From positions 153,202,001 through 153,266,000 of the forward strand of contig JBITNC010000001.1 in assembly GCA_050084985.1 (NCBI GenBank): DNA of 64,000 bases, read 5' to 3'. Position 1 is the stretch's first letter; each line of letters starts with the position of its first letter. The position numbers and the translations under genes were made by a program. This DNA is from Nageia nagi. Taxonomy: Eukaryota > Plantae > Pinophyta. Of the stretch, positions 53,100 to 64,000 are shown piece after piece. The notes beneath the pieces are model-generated. The model did not search any database. It had not been told where the DNA came from and saw nothing but the letters and a program-made list of their open reading frames with translations.

Positions 53100-54792
53100 G
53101 ATAATGTATAATATTCATCACATGATTCGGGACTCTCATCTTCATCTTCATATATATATGTGTAGTAATGTTGCTGAGGTAGAGAAATTCATGTTTATTG
53201 AGCCTTGATTGGCATTAATATTGCATGCTGACGAGCCCTTGACTATCTCTTCAAATGGTGAAGTAACACTCTCACTGCTCAATGTTGAACAATTTGCCTC
53301 ACGGTCATGCATGACAGATTTTTGTAATCTCTACTTCAATGCCTGTATGCCAGTTCCCTTGAATAGGCTCTTGCCCAACACAGTTTTCAGTTGTGACAAA
53401 TATGCAGAAAATGGAATATAATTAACCCAATATCATGATGAATTGTAGGTTCAATATGAAAAGTAGGTAATTTTACAAGCAAAATTCATCAATTTGAATT
53501 CATTGTGATTTGAGTTGATGTTACCTGGGAGAATCTACTAGACCCTTGTGATGAAGATTGAAGGCGTTTGAGTAGGTTCTTTATGTGGATCTCGTCCCTC
53601 TCCAAGAAACCAGATTCCTTCACTGTATGATCAAATTTATCTAATTCCTTCTTGTCATTAGCATCGTTATTGGGATTCGGAGATACTATTTCACTCTGCT
53701 TCTTACCTAAAAGGATTGCACCCAGAGTTATATTTTTCCGCTTCTAAGGTTTGTGCTCAGCTGAATTGTTGGTATCCACTGGAATCTCAAGAAATTCCTC
53801 CCAGGGAAAACTAGGCTTGGCTAGCTGAGACTGGGGCTCTTACTTATCATCTAATTCCTTTTGAAGGACTAGATGGTTAGTATGTGACACTTGTTTGCAG
53901 TCACAATTGTCTTCAGATATTTGATTATGAGCATTAATATCATTTTGCCATATGGCATGATCTTCATGGCCCAAGATCTTGGCCAAGTTCTTTTTGAACT
54001 ACTCCACCTCAATGAGTGTAATGTATTGATCTTCTTCATCCATTGGGTAATTTTGATAGTGGTGCTGCTTCACACAGTTTCCATCAACTCCAAGAGTACC
54101 GATTGTCAACAAATCCTCTGCCCGCCAATTGTTTAAGGCTAATGTGCCACATTGCTCCCCTTCCTTCCCTTTGAATAATGCATTTGATTGAAACAAGATC
54201 TCGCATTCATCAAACGAAATAAATACACTTGAAACTCCTTACTTTACCACATCTATTACATTGCTAGTTCTGTTTTCAAGTGGAAGGAGATCGAAGTTGT
54301 AAACATCAACAAAAATGTCTTTTCCAAGAGGTACAACAGCCCTATCAAAATAAAAATTCCAATGCCTACGCACAAGGTTGAAGTATCAAATGACTAAATT
54401 ATACCACGAAGTCGAAGTCTTTAAACACCTCACCGTGAGCCCTATTTGAAGTATTGATAATATGGCCACCGTAAACTATCCTCTTTGGATTGAACTTCCT
54501 CTGAACCCAATTGAAGATCTGCAATGGGATTGAGTAAGACAAGAAGAATGTCAGTATTTCTTTAACCCTTTACATGATTTTTTCTTCTTCCACAAATTTT
54601 ATGACTCCAAACAAACAAATACAAAATACATATCATTCATCGCAATAAATACCTTCATTCTAAAACTCCATAATTAGTCAAGGATTGACACCCAGAATTT
54701 CTCTGTCCTCAAAGAGGTAATGAATTGGAATCGTTGATGCTTCCACGAGAACTGATTGCAGCCTCTTCTTCCAGAGAAGCATAAGATTGATA

Positions 54793-55295
54793 TGTAACAC
54801 CTTTTCTTTCTCTCTATTCAACTTTAGCTAATCCCAAGGTAGATTTTATCTAATTATTTAGATTTCAAAGGTTTAATTAAACCCTTAGTTAATGAGGATT
54901 ATTCCTCGGATTGGATGATCTACTTAAGGAAGGCTCTCGAGCATTCTAAAAGTTCCCCTTCGTACTATATCGTGGCATGCCTTCATCCAAGGGACCAACA
55001 TCGTCCTATCGTGGGGTGCTTTCATCCAAGGGAAATACAACTAAATTCTAACTACAATCGTGGATGCACCCCGGGATCTAGATTTCCATGCCTGAAAAGT
55101 TGTTCATAGAATAAGAGACGTAAAACTACACATACGGAAGTTCTCTGCATGAAATTTAGCAATTGTTGGAATACTAAACTGTTCTTGTATTCTGCTGTCG
55201 ACCCCGAAACGATTCCATTTCGAGTAAGTGCGAAGTAATCTTCAACTTCTGCTCTCTCTACACACTTAGCAAAAATTAAATTTGTTCTAGCATCA
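54793..55295. mobile_element. Probable solo or partial LTR (~500 bp) immediately upstream of the LAZY start codon
   Basis: Starts TGTAACACC and ends ...CATCA; flanks TGATA/TGTTA; CpG-rich compared with its surroundings; internal repeat TATCGTGG..TGC.TTCATCCAAGGGA x2. Confidence 0.5.
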
Positions 55296-56030
55296 TGTTA
55301 CTTTGAATTTTCATATCACATGGAGTACTAATCACGCATACTAATGCGGTTGCATGAGGATGTCACATGTTTCTTTTTCACCATGGCAACATTGGCAAGT
55401 GTTAAATTTCTTTGAATATATCTTTGGTGTTAGAATTTTGGTATCAAGTTTATAAAACACAGATCAAGAATATATTACAAGGAGACGTAGAGATCTTATG
55501 GAGAATATTTGTGGTGCAGAAAATAACAGGTTGGAATATCAAAATCTTCAAAATTCCCTTAGATTTGAAGATATGTAATCACTGATTTTAAAGCATTTAA
55601 TATGTTTGTCCACTGAAACATTCCAAAATTTTACATTCAGCATATATAGAATACACAAACAAATCTAAATTTCAAATTTTATATTTTTGTTACGATTTGA
55701 AACAGCTAAGAGCTGTACAAACATTATGGAGTATGTGAACAACTTGACATAAAAAATGTTCCTATGTTTTTTATTTGTTAAGTTAAAAATCATTGAACTG
55801 ATTTAATATTTTCTAGATGTGCCATAAAAGTTAAATTGGATTTAGGGGAGAGGATTCAATAGGTGAGCATGTACCAATGGCTGTGAGGGTTATTGTCATA
55901 TATTTGTCTATTTATAAAATATATTTGGTTCAATAGTTGTGCACTAAATTATCAACTCTTATTTTTTTTTTATGCTAATAAGTATGCTATAAGTAATCAT
56001 TTTAAATTTATTTTAAATATATTATTGATA

Positions 56031-56395
56031 GGGGAGAAGACCTAGTTGTGGTGCACACTTATTTTATACCTCTTAAAACTCGATTTAATAAAGTCGAATT
56101 GCTCTAAATTTTTTATAGGTTCTTCATTGCTTAGTTTTCTGTTTATAACTAAAGTTTCAAGTTGTCATCATCAAATTTGATAGATTAATCATATATGTGA
56201 CTTAGAGCTCAACTATTGCAAGTGTAATTGATGATGGGGGGTTGTAATTGATATTGATGGGTATGAGTTTAGAAAAACGCTACTTTGGATAGTTTCTAAA
56301 TAAGAAGTTATTAAAAATTTAGAGCAATTCAATTTTATTAAGTCAAGTTTTAAGAGGTGTAAAGTTAAGGTGCACACCTATTGGGTCCTCTCTCC
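56031..56395. mobile_element. MITE with ~90-bp terminal inverted repeats and TA target duplication
   Basis: Left GGGGAGAAGACC..GTGCAC..CCTCTTAAAACT..GAATTGCTCTAAATTTTT is mirrored at the right end; TA on both sides. Confidence 0.85.
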
Positions 56396-57090
56396 TAAAT
56401 GACATGTAAGTTCAAAAATCAATTGTCATATGTCATATATCCTATATTACACCCATCTTATTAACAATTGAATAGACTTTTCTTCCCTTCGAAACAACTT
56501 AAAAATTGCAATCTTTCGTTGCTATTTTGATTAGAATTGATTATTAATATATATTTAAAAAAATAAATGTAATTAATAATAAATTTGATATTAAATGGAA
56601 GAATTAGATTTGACATAATTTACACATACTTGTATGATTTTTTATTATTGATATTATTATTATTATTACTCATAGTTAATATCACTATTTTGTATAACTT
56701 AATGAATATTCTAAATGATAAAATACTGAATAATATATTTGATTAGAAATAGAAAGTAAATTAGAGATATTAGTTTTTATTATATTTATTACCATTTTAG
56801 GTAAATTTAATTGTGGTTTTAAATTTCAAATGATTATTACATTTATTATTATATATATTTAGGAAAAAAAATAGAATATTTGATTATTAGCATGGTGAAA
56901 AAGAATACAATCTTTCATAATGTATAGGGTAGCAATAGTATTTTCATTCTAGACAAAATTTATCTTAAATGGAGACTTTAGATTATCATACACACAAAAT
57001 TTAAAAATAAAAATATATGGTTATAGTATGTTAATCATATAAATTATATTTCTAATTGATTAATATAAATAATATAAATCTATCTTTTCC

Positions 57091-59779
57091 TTTTTTTTTA
57101 TGAAAAGTTCTTATATTAAGTAAAAACCTTTTACAACAAAAGGAGCTTGCGGATGGTAGAGAGCATACCCCAAAATGTTACCTCCTAACCCTAATACCAA
57201 GTTAGATAAATCCTGGTCACATTAAGTTATTACAAAAGTTAAGACAAAAAGAAAACCATCTGATTGAACATTGAAAAAATAAAGCAAATTATGCATTAGT
57301 CTTATGGGAGAGCCTGTAGGGGGCACATCAGCAACAACCATGTAATTCCATTCATTAGATGATAAGGGATGAAGGTTGCAATCATCAATAGCCCTATGTA
57401 GGCTATCATCTTTATCACCCATCCTAAAACTTGTTGTGTAGTCATAGGTTGAGACCACTCATGCTAGCTAGTTGACATAGAAGGTGGTAGAGCATTTCAT
57501 CCTAGAAGAAGGTTGTTTGGAGGTTGCATGTACAACCTTTAAGAGGTCAAAAAGAGCTTACTTAAGAATCATTAAAATGCTTCCAAGGAGGGGAATACCA
57601 AGCCCAATTTTGATCATCGCACTAAGATTGCAAACACAATGGGGGATACCAGCATGAATGAGAGCATGAGTGATCCTAAGAGGCAATACTAAGAGGTAAT
57701 CTACTAATTACATACGGAGCATTTCCCCAATACTCTAGTAGAGCATGAATATGAGATAACTCAAGCTCCATCTTCTAAGATTGATTAATAATCTGCATCC
57801 ACATGTCAAAAAATATCTAGATATTATTAGAGAGAACAAATTCAATTATATGAATGGCTTCTTGAAAAATCACTTTATTTCTAGATTTCCAAATATGAAA
57901 TAAAAGAGTGGAAAAAAAAATCTACCAAATAGTTCTCAGATGAAGGTTGAGGATAAAAGAATACCCAAGCAATACATGTTGCTATGAAAATGTTAAAGGT
58001 ATGTAAGGAGTAAAAAGGTAAACTACCCACTTCCAGGTAGTGACTACCTTGAGGAAATACCAAAACATGTGTATATAACCTTAAAGTATTGCTTCCACCT
58101 AGTATGCTGGGAAACTATATCCCACAAATCATTAAGTTGTGGAACTATGGGCAATGATGGAATGAGCTAGTTATACCCCAAGACCGCTATGTAGTTAAGC
58201 AATGGGATATCATGATACCATTCTCAATCTTTCCACCATGGTTTCTAAGAGTTTACACTAATTTTGTGAAGAGGAGAAAAAGGTGTAATCTCAATAGCAA
58301 TTTCATAAGTGGCCTTGTCTAAGGCATTCAAGTGAAACAAATATCTAAATTGATCTCAAGGAATCCAATTCTTAGAGTGCTTATCAAAACAATTTACAAT
58401 AGTAACAATACCTCATTTGAAAATTTTACAAGCATGGACCCATTGAACATGGGCCAAAGGCATACTTGGTACCATTAAGGTAAAATAACAAAGCCAATCA
58501 TATGTTCAATTTGTTCATGGATATCACTTTATGAAATTTAGAGCCTTTCCATTTAATCCAAGTACTAGTTGTTGCCAAGTTTTCTAGATGCTTTAAATGA
58601 TAAAGGAGCTTGAAATTTTGATGTAGATTAGATCTATAATCAAGGATGGAAAATTTAACACTTTACAAGCTTTTTTCTTAAGAGACAAGCCCATTGACAC
58701 TGCATTTCTGATGAGGACTTTACATGCCTTTGGTACTTTCAGAGCTCTAATAATCCATTTAACACATAGAGCCATGCCTTGGAATTTGCAATAAAAAATA
58801 TCCATACCTTTTGAGTCTCAAGAAAGGAAATAAGTTTTTCAAACCACTTTATGAAACCCCTTCTTATCCACTTGGCTATTCCGTTTTGTGGAAGCTAGTA
58901 CCTTAGAGCAAATTTGAAATTTGCTTGCTAATGAGAGTTTTTTGGAGTTCTAGTAGTGAAGGTTTTTTTCAACTTTAGAAATAATATAGTTCTAGAGTTG
59001 GAATAACAATCTTGAAAACATGAAGGGGATGCTAAGAAACTTAAAAACCTCCCAAGGTTGAATCCATTTCCATGGATAATTGGCTAATGAAGTTGGTATA
59101 TCTAGAGGGAACTACCTATAATAGACCATTGAATACTAGAGCCAAATACCTAATAGAAGGTATCTAAGCATTTTATTACCTCAAAGATGGACTACTCATC
59201 TTCTTGAATGGTTAAAAATGAATGATATGTAAAGTTCCCATTGATAAATGAACCTTGATTCCTAGGAAGTATGATACCTTAAATTTTTTCTTCATTAGAA
59301 TGCTTAGAAAACAAGTACTTGAAAGCTTCTACTACCAAAATATAAAGGTATGAGGTTAACAAAAAACCTTATCGAATAGAATGAATAATTCCAATAGCCT
59401 CTATCTATAAATTATTTAAAGAAAGAATAATATAAGTGTCATTGAAAAGCATGTTCATAGTATTCATAAATTTCAAACCAAACCCTAAGGCTTCCAACAA
59501 GGAAGGAATAAATATGTAAAGATCGAATTACAAATTTAAGTGCAATTAAGTTTAACACAAGAAATATACCTAAAAGCATGTACTTGAAAGCTTCTACTAC
59601 CAAAAAATAAAGGTATGAGGCTAATGAAAAACCCTATCAAATAGAGCAATGAATACCAATGGCTTCTATTTGTAAATTATTCAAAGAAAGAATAATAGAA
59701 GTGTCATTGAAAAGCATGTTCATAATATTCATAAGTTTGAGACCAAGCCATAAAGCTTCCAGCATGGAATGAATAAATA
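57091..59779 (-). mobile_element. Decayed L1-clade LINE, 3' half of ORF2 with poly(A) tail
   Basis: ALGFG..F..M..MLF, SIR*GFLLTSYLYILVVEA (cf. RQGCPLSPYLF), GFHKVV*K..KGMDI..ALCVKWIIR; AATATA followed by an A-run at 57091-57120 on the minus strand. Confidence 0.8.
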
Positions 59780-59839
59780 TGTAAAGATCTAATTACAAAA
59801 TTAAGTGCAATTAAGTTTAAAATAAGAAAATATACCTAA
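59315..59839. repeat. ~265-bp tandem duplication spanning the L1/LTR junction
   Basis: 59315-59573 vs 59580-59839; both start GTACTTGAAAGCTTCTACTACCAAAA and end AAATATACCTAA. Confidence 0.92.
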
Positions 59840-62794
59840 CGTCTAGATAAGGCTACCAAGAATAAGTATTCAAACTCTCAAATTGTTGACTTTAGAGCTA
59901 GGGCATCCAATACAAGCATAAACAACATAATAATGCCGATGTATAGGTTTAATGAATAATTACACCTTAACATTGGAAATATAGACAAGTAGATAATACA
60001 AATATGAGATCCAATTCCTAATGGTTGAATATAAGATTAATGATGATAAACAATACAATACTAGGTCTTAAAGGGTTGGCATTGGCCTCAAGGAAGCTAA
60101 CTTAGACATACCATGTATCCTCAAATTAGATGGACAAATGGGAGAGTCTTTCTCCCTTAGAAGCTGAATCCTCTCTAACAAAGGAGCCCTCCTCTGATTC
60201 TAGTAACCAACTAAATGGTAGAAGATCAACCTTGGAATACCACCATATGGGCAAGGGTTCTACACCAATTTCATAGACTAATAGGATCCCTTAACATGAT
60301 TTCCCTCCTAGATATTGCACCTAGGGATTCTCTTAATGCCATTAAGAATTCTTATCCTTTGGAGGGTATAAGTGTAATAATAGTCAAGCATATCTAGATA
60401 TGAGGATATAATATACTTTATAACACTTGGTTAAATCTAGATCTCACCAAAGAATTATTCCTAGCTCCACTAATCTAATGTTAGCCTCCTCGAGGTCCTA
60501 GAATGCCCAACATGGCTACCTAGGGATCAAGCATGCCAACATGGGATCCTAGAGTATTATAAATGCCAACATGAGGGTCTATAGTACCATGCATATCCAA
60601 AGTTGGTCTAGGATCCATGTGTGGGGGTTGGGTATCATCATGGGCTAACATTGGAGTCTAGGAGTCTCCCTAAGGCTAGAGCATGTACATAAGTGCTCAT
60701 CCAATATCTTAAGTGGTAAATACACCTTGGGACTTCCATAATCATGATCAAGATCTCCAAGTACAATAAAAATCCTATTCTATGCTTAGGAGGGAGACAT
60801 CCCACATAGGATTCATAGTAGGGTCCATTGACCCATTAAGTTTTTATCCTAAGCCATAACTAAAAGTACAATGTAATTATAAAATATATTACAAAGGATA
60901 ATTCATAGAATTCCATAATCGAGTACACTAATATAAGGGGGAAATCACAAAGCCTCCCCTCTTGAATTACTTTCCCTCAAGCAACAATGGAAGATTGCAA
61001 CATATTTTCTTCTATGAATCCTTCAATCCTGTGAGCTATAATATATCTTCATGGAATGTAACTTCAATATCTTCTTTCCATGATAGGAGTCTAGTGCAAA
61101 TTGCTACTTCTATTTTCCTATACATCAATAATACATGCAAAAAAATTGATTTACTATAACATTCACTCCTCTTTAGCTATTTAATGGCCATTCTCAAAAA
61201 GTAGAGGAGTGTAGGGGAGTCTATGGAAATATATACATACAAGAATCTCAAATAAATCATATGTGAGTCAAAATATATGGAACCTTTGCTCTGTGTATGA
61301 GTCTAGGTCACTTCAAAGCTCAACATGGAGTTCCAAACTTCCTTAATGATTAGTGTGAAGTAAGAAACCTTCCCAACCTCTAATGTGGGGTACCAAGTTA
61401 CTCCTTAATCTACTATTGAATGCACAAATTTTCCCTAGTACAACATGGGAAGCTAGCACTCCCTCAACCCAAACATTAGGTCCCTAATCTTCTCTAACCT
61501 AAATGTGGGGTATTCAAATATCTCCATGCTCACCATCATGTACAAACATCCCTCAAAAATCCATGTGAGGTATAGTAGTCCTCTAGAGTTCAATGTAGGG
61601 CAACAAAACTCTTTCAATCTCAAAATCCCACTCCCTACCTTCATATTGATCCATGTGGGAGTAGAAGTTCTACCTCTTCAAGATCCAAGGTAATGAACAA
61701 GAGGTCCCTCAAACTCCACATTCCATGACCAAGCACCTTAATGTGTAACATGGTGTATAAGAGCTTCATGTTGCTCTTCTCCTCATGTTGTTGCCTCTTC
61801 ATGTCCAATGTAGTCCCATTTTTAACTTCCTCCTTCTTTTGGCACCACTTGGTTACCTCCATATGCTTGTTATCTACATTTGGGTAGTCATCCCTAATTT
61901 CTTGCAATGTATAGGTATTCCCATCAATCTCAAAATTCATGGTGCATTTCTAGTAGTTGGTGTGTATGTCACCCAACTCGAATAACCATTATACTCCCAA
62001 AATGTGAGGATACCCATTAAGGGGATAAACATAGAAATTGTTCCTTATGGTATAGCTCTACAACCTCACACCAAATTTCTCCACTATGTGGTCCATAAGT
62101 GTGAGTTTTCCATTAGCATTAGAAACTTTGATTCCTTCAAAATCCTTAATTTTTAGTTTCTTATTTTCCATAAATCCCTTATCAATGAAGTTTTGAGATG
62201 CTCCTAGATCAATCAGGACCATCACATCTTGTCCACCAACTTCCCTACAACCTTAAATGTTAGGTACTTTTTCACCCCAATATAGTGAAGCGATCATGCT
62301 CCCTAATATGCCTTCTACTCTTGGTGCTTCATGATCTAATATGTCCACACCAAGATACATAACTAAATCATCTTTCTCCTCCTCCAAAAATAGCTCTATA
62401 TAGTGCTCTTGTTCCTTTCCTTAGCAACAAGTTTTGGGATCCCATTTCTTCTTAGAGTAGAAGCACTTGCCTTCCTCCCATAGCTGTCTCTTTATACTTG
62501 CATCTAACTAGTTTGTATGAGATGTGGGGAAGGGTTTGGCCTTGCTCAGATCCTTCTTATCTATGTAGGTATTTAAAAATCCCTTGAACATCTTCCCTCC
62601 CTTGGTTGTTGAAGATCATATGCATCAAAATAACATCATCAAGATTCCTAGGTGAGGAAACCTTGATCATTTGCTGCAATAGCTCCACCATTCCTTCTAT
62701 TAAGATGAATATTAATCACTCCTCATGAATGTGATGTATCATAATTGTAATTTTCTAAAACTCTAATACATACTCATCCATTGGTCCTTGTTGC
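59780..62794 (-). mobile_element. Internally deleted chromoviral Ty3/gypsy element (gag C-terminus, protease, PPT, 3' LTR 59780-60949) inserted in the L1
   Basis: Protease VMVLIDLGASQNFID..ILGV*WLFELGDI; gag QQGPMDEYVLEF; PPT GAGGGGAGG then TGTGAT at 60949; no RT or integrase core between protease and PPT. Confidence 0.7.
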
Positions 62795-64000
62795 TATTTA
62801 CAAATAAAAGTGTATTCGAGAATGCAAGTAACTAAAATATCTACAATCCTAAAAGATACATATATCTATATGTAAATTTTGAGCCAACAAATAATAATTT
62901 ATAATAAGATAAGCTAATATAGAAATAATGAATAATTGGAATCAAAATGATATTACCAAATAAGATTGAATTTATGTACTTACCTCATGGAGCATACCTG
63001 ATATGGATGAACAAAAGATACTGATAAAGCCTCAATAATGAATGGAGTTTGCACCTAAATTCATGGAGAAAGATGATCCAAAAGGAGGGTCATGAGCTAT
63101 TTATTTCATGCTCAAAAGGAGCATTTATAGTCTACTTTCATCTACAAGGAGTATCGATGATCTTTGTTACACTACAGTCCATTTTGAACTAACTTTGTAC
63201 CTCCACACAAACTCTTAATGGTCTCAATTTGATAATTAGATGAGATTAGAATTATCAAGACACTCACAAAAGGAAGTACACAAACTAACCTTGAATGGTG
63301 GTGTTAAGAGACACCTAAAGGATTTCCATCATCAAGAACAAATATGGGATCATGTATCTCCTTGATATAGACTTACTATTAAATCCCTATTTATATAGAT
63401 AATAATATGACCTACTCCTTCAGTTAGTGTGTACCTACATAAATAAGAATATAGTAAGTTGATGATATATATTGGTCATATCCAAAATACCATTAATATT
63501 CTTGAACTAGATATATAAGTACGGGCACATATTTCCTAATGTATTAAATTAAATGCATAAATTAACTTTATGCAATAATAGATGCCCCACTTTGAATGAG
63601 AAATTGAAAATCACTAGATGCATTGAGATTTTTCATTGAAAGTATAGCCAAGATATCATAGCAATCAAATATTGATAAGTATAAACAAGCATAATACCAA
63701 CACTAATCAATCTATTTTGATACTAAACTATGATAAAGATATAAGAAAGATAAGAAATCATATTGAAAAAAGGTATGAGTTTAAAAAACCCCCCTCATAT
63801 GACATCTATCATGTTGCCCCTAGTTAGTTTTGATATGCTCCATGAAATCTAATCATGACCTACAAAAGAAAGAGTTCTAGGGTCCATAACCATCTACCAA
63901 GAGGTCATTGATGAGAATTACTCACATTTTTTTATATATATTTATATATGGAGTGCAACCATATCATGTCATTGATGATTCTATCCATTGATCTTATGGA
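62795..64000 (-). mobile_element. 3' LTR (~62795-63580) and 3' internal region of another LTR element (Tat/Ogre-like) nested in the gag above
   Basis: Abrupt end of the gag frame; decayed TG/CA ends; PPT-like GTGGGGCATC next to 63580 and a second AACTAGGGGCAA at ~63814-63825. Confidence 0.5.

Larger units (their letters stand above)
47410..54658 (-). pseudogene. IGT/LAZY-family (LAZY1/DRO1/TAC1-like) gravitropism gene, pseudogenised and interrupted by a copia element; coding exons 54658-54653, 54518-54434, ~54340-53525, ~53390-53100 + 47574-47515, 47429-47410
   Basis: 6-nt first coding exon ATGAAG|GT; exon 2 IFNWVQRKF; DLLTIGTLG (IGT motif); EVE*FKKNLAKIL; FPWEEFL; KNITLGAIL; C-terminus EYW(V)QSN*D|FVVLEL* (CCL/domain V split by a phase-1 intron). 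Six in-frame stops plus frameshifts. The exon 3 acceptor is unresolved. Confidence 0.9.

Noticed and set aside
53999-54196. 65-aa ORF as a stand-alone small protein
   Set aside because: It is a stop-bounded piece of LAZY exon 3 with a non-ATG start.

Overview
AT-rich eukaryotic (land-plant) genomic DNA, almost entirely nested and mostly heavily decayed transposons; the C->T decay pattern and retroelement types suggest a large-genome plant such as a gymnosperm (inference). One host gene is recognisable: a 5-exon IGT/LAZY-family (LAZY1/DRO1/TAC1-type) gravitropism pseudogene on the minus strand (47410-54658). A young, complete Ty1/copia element (47575-53099; 674-bp LTRs, GATAA target-site duplication) splits its exon 4. 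Other content: the 5' end of a Tat-like Ty3/gypsy element (1-2650; tRNA-Asn PBS) whose leader carries an array of covarying hairpins; a ~29.6-kb Athila-like element (10836-40465) that splits a plant-mobile-domain (PMD) ORF and hosts two nested insertions (a pol-less LTR element with an antisense PMD ORF, and a truncated chromovirus); two LINE relics of different types; MITE-like elements; and further LTR fragments. No intact cellular ORF, RNA gene or CRISPR array was seen. All alignments and translations were done by eye.
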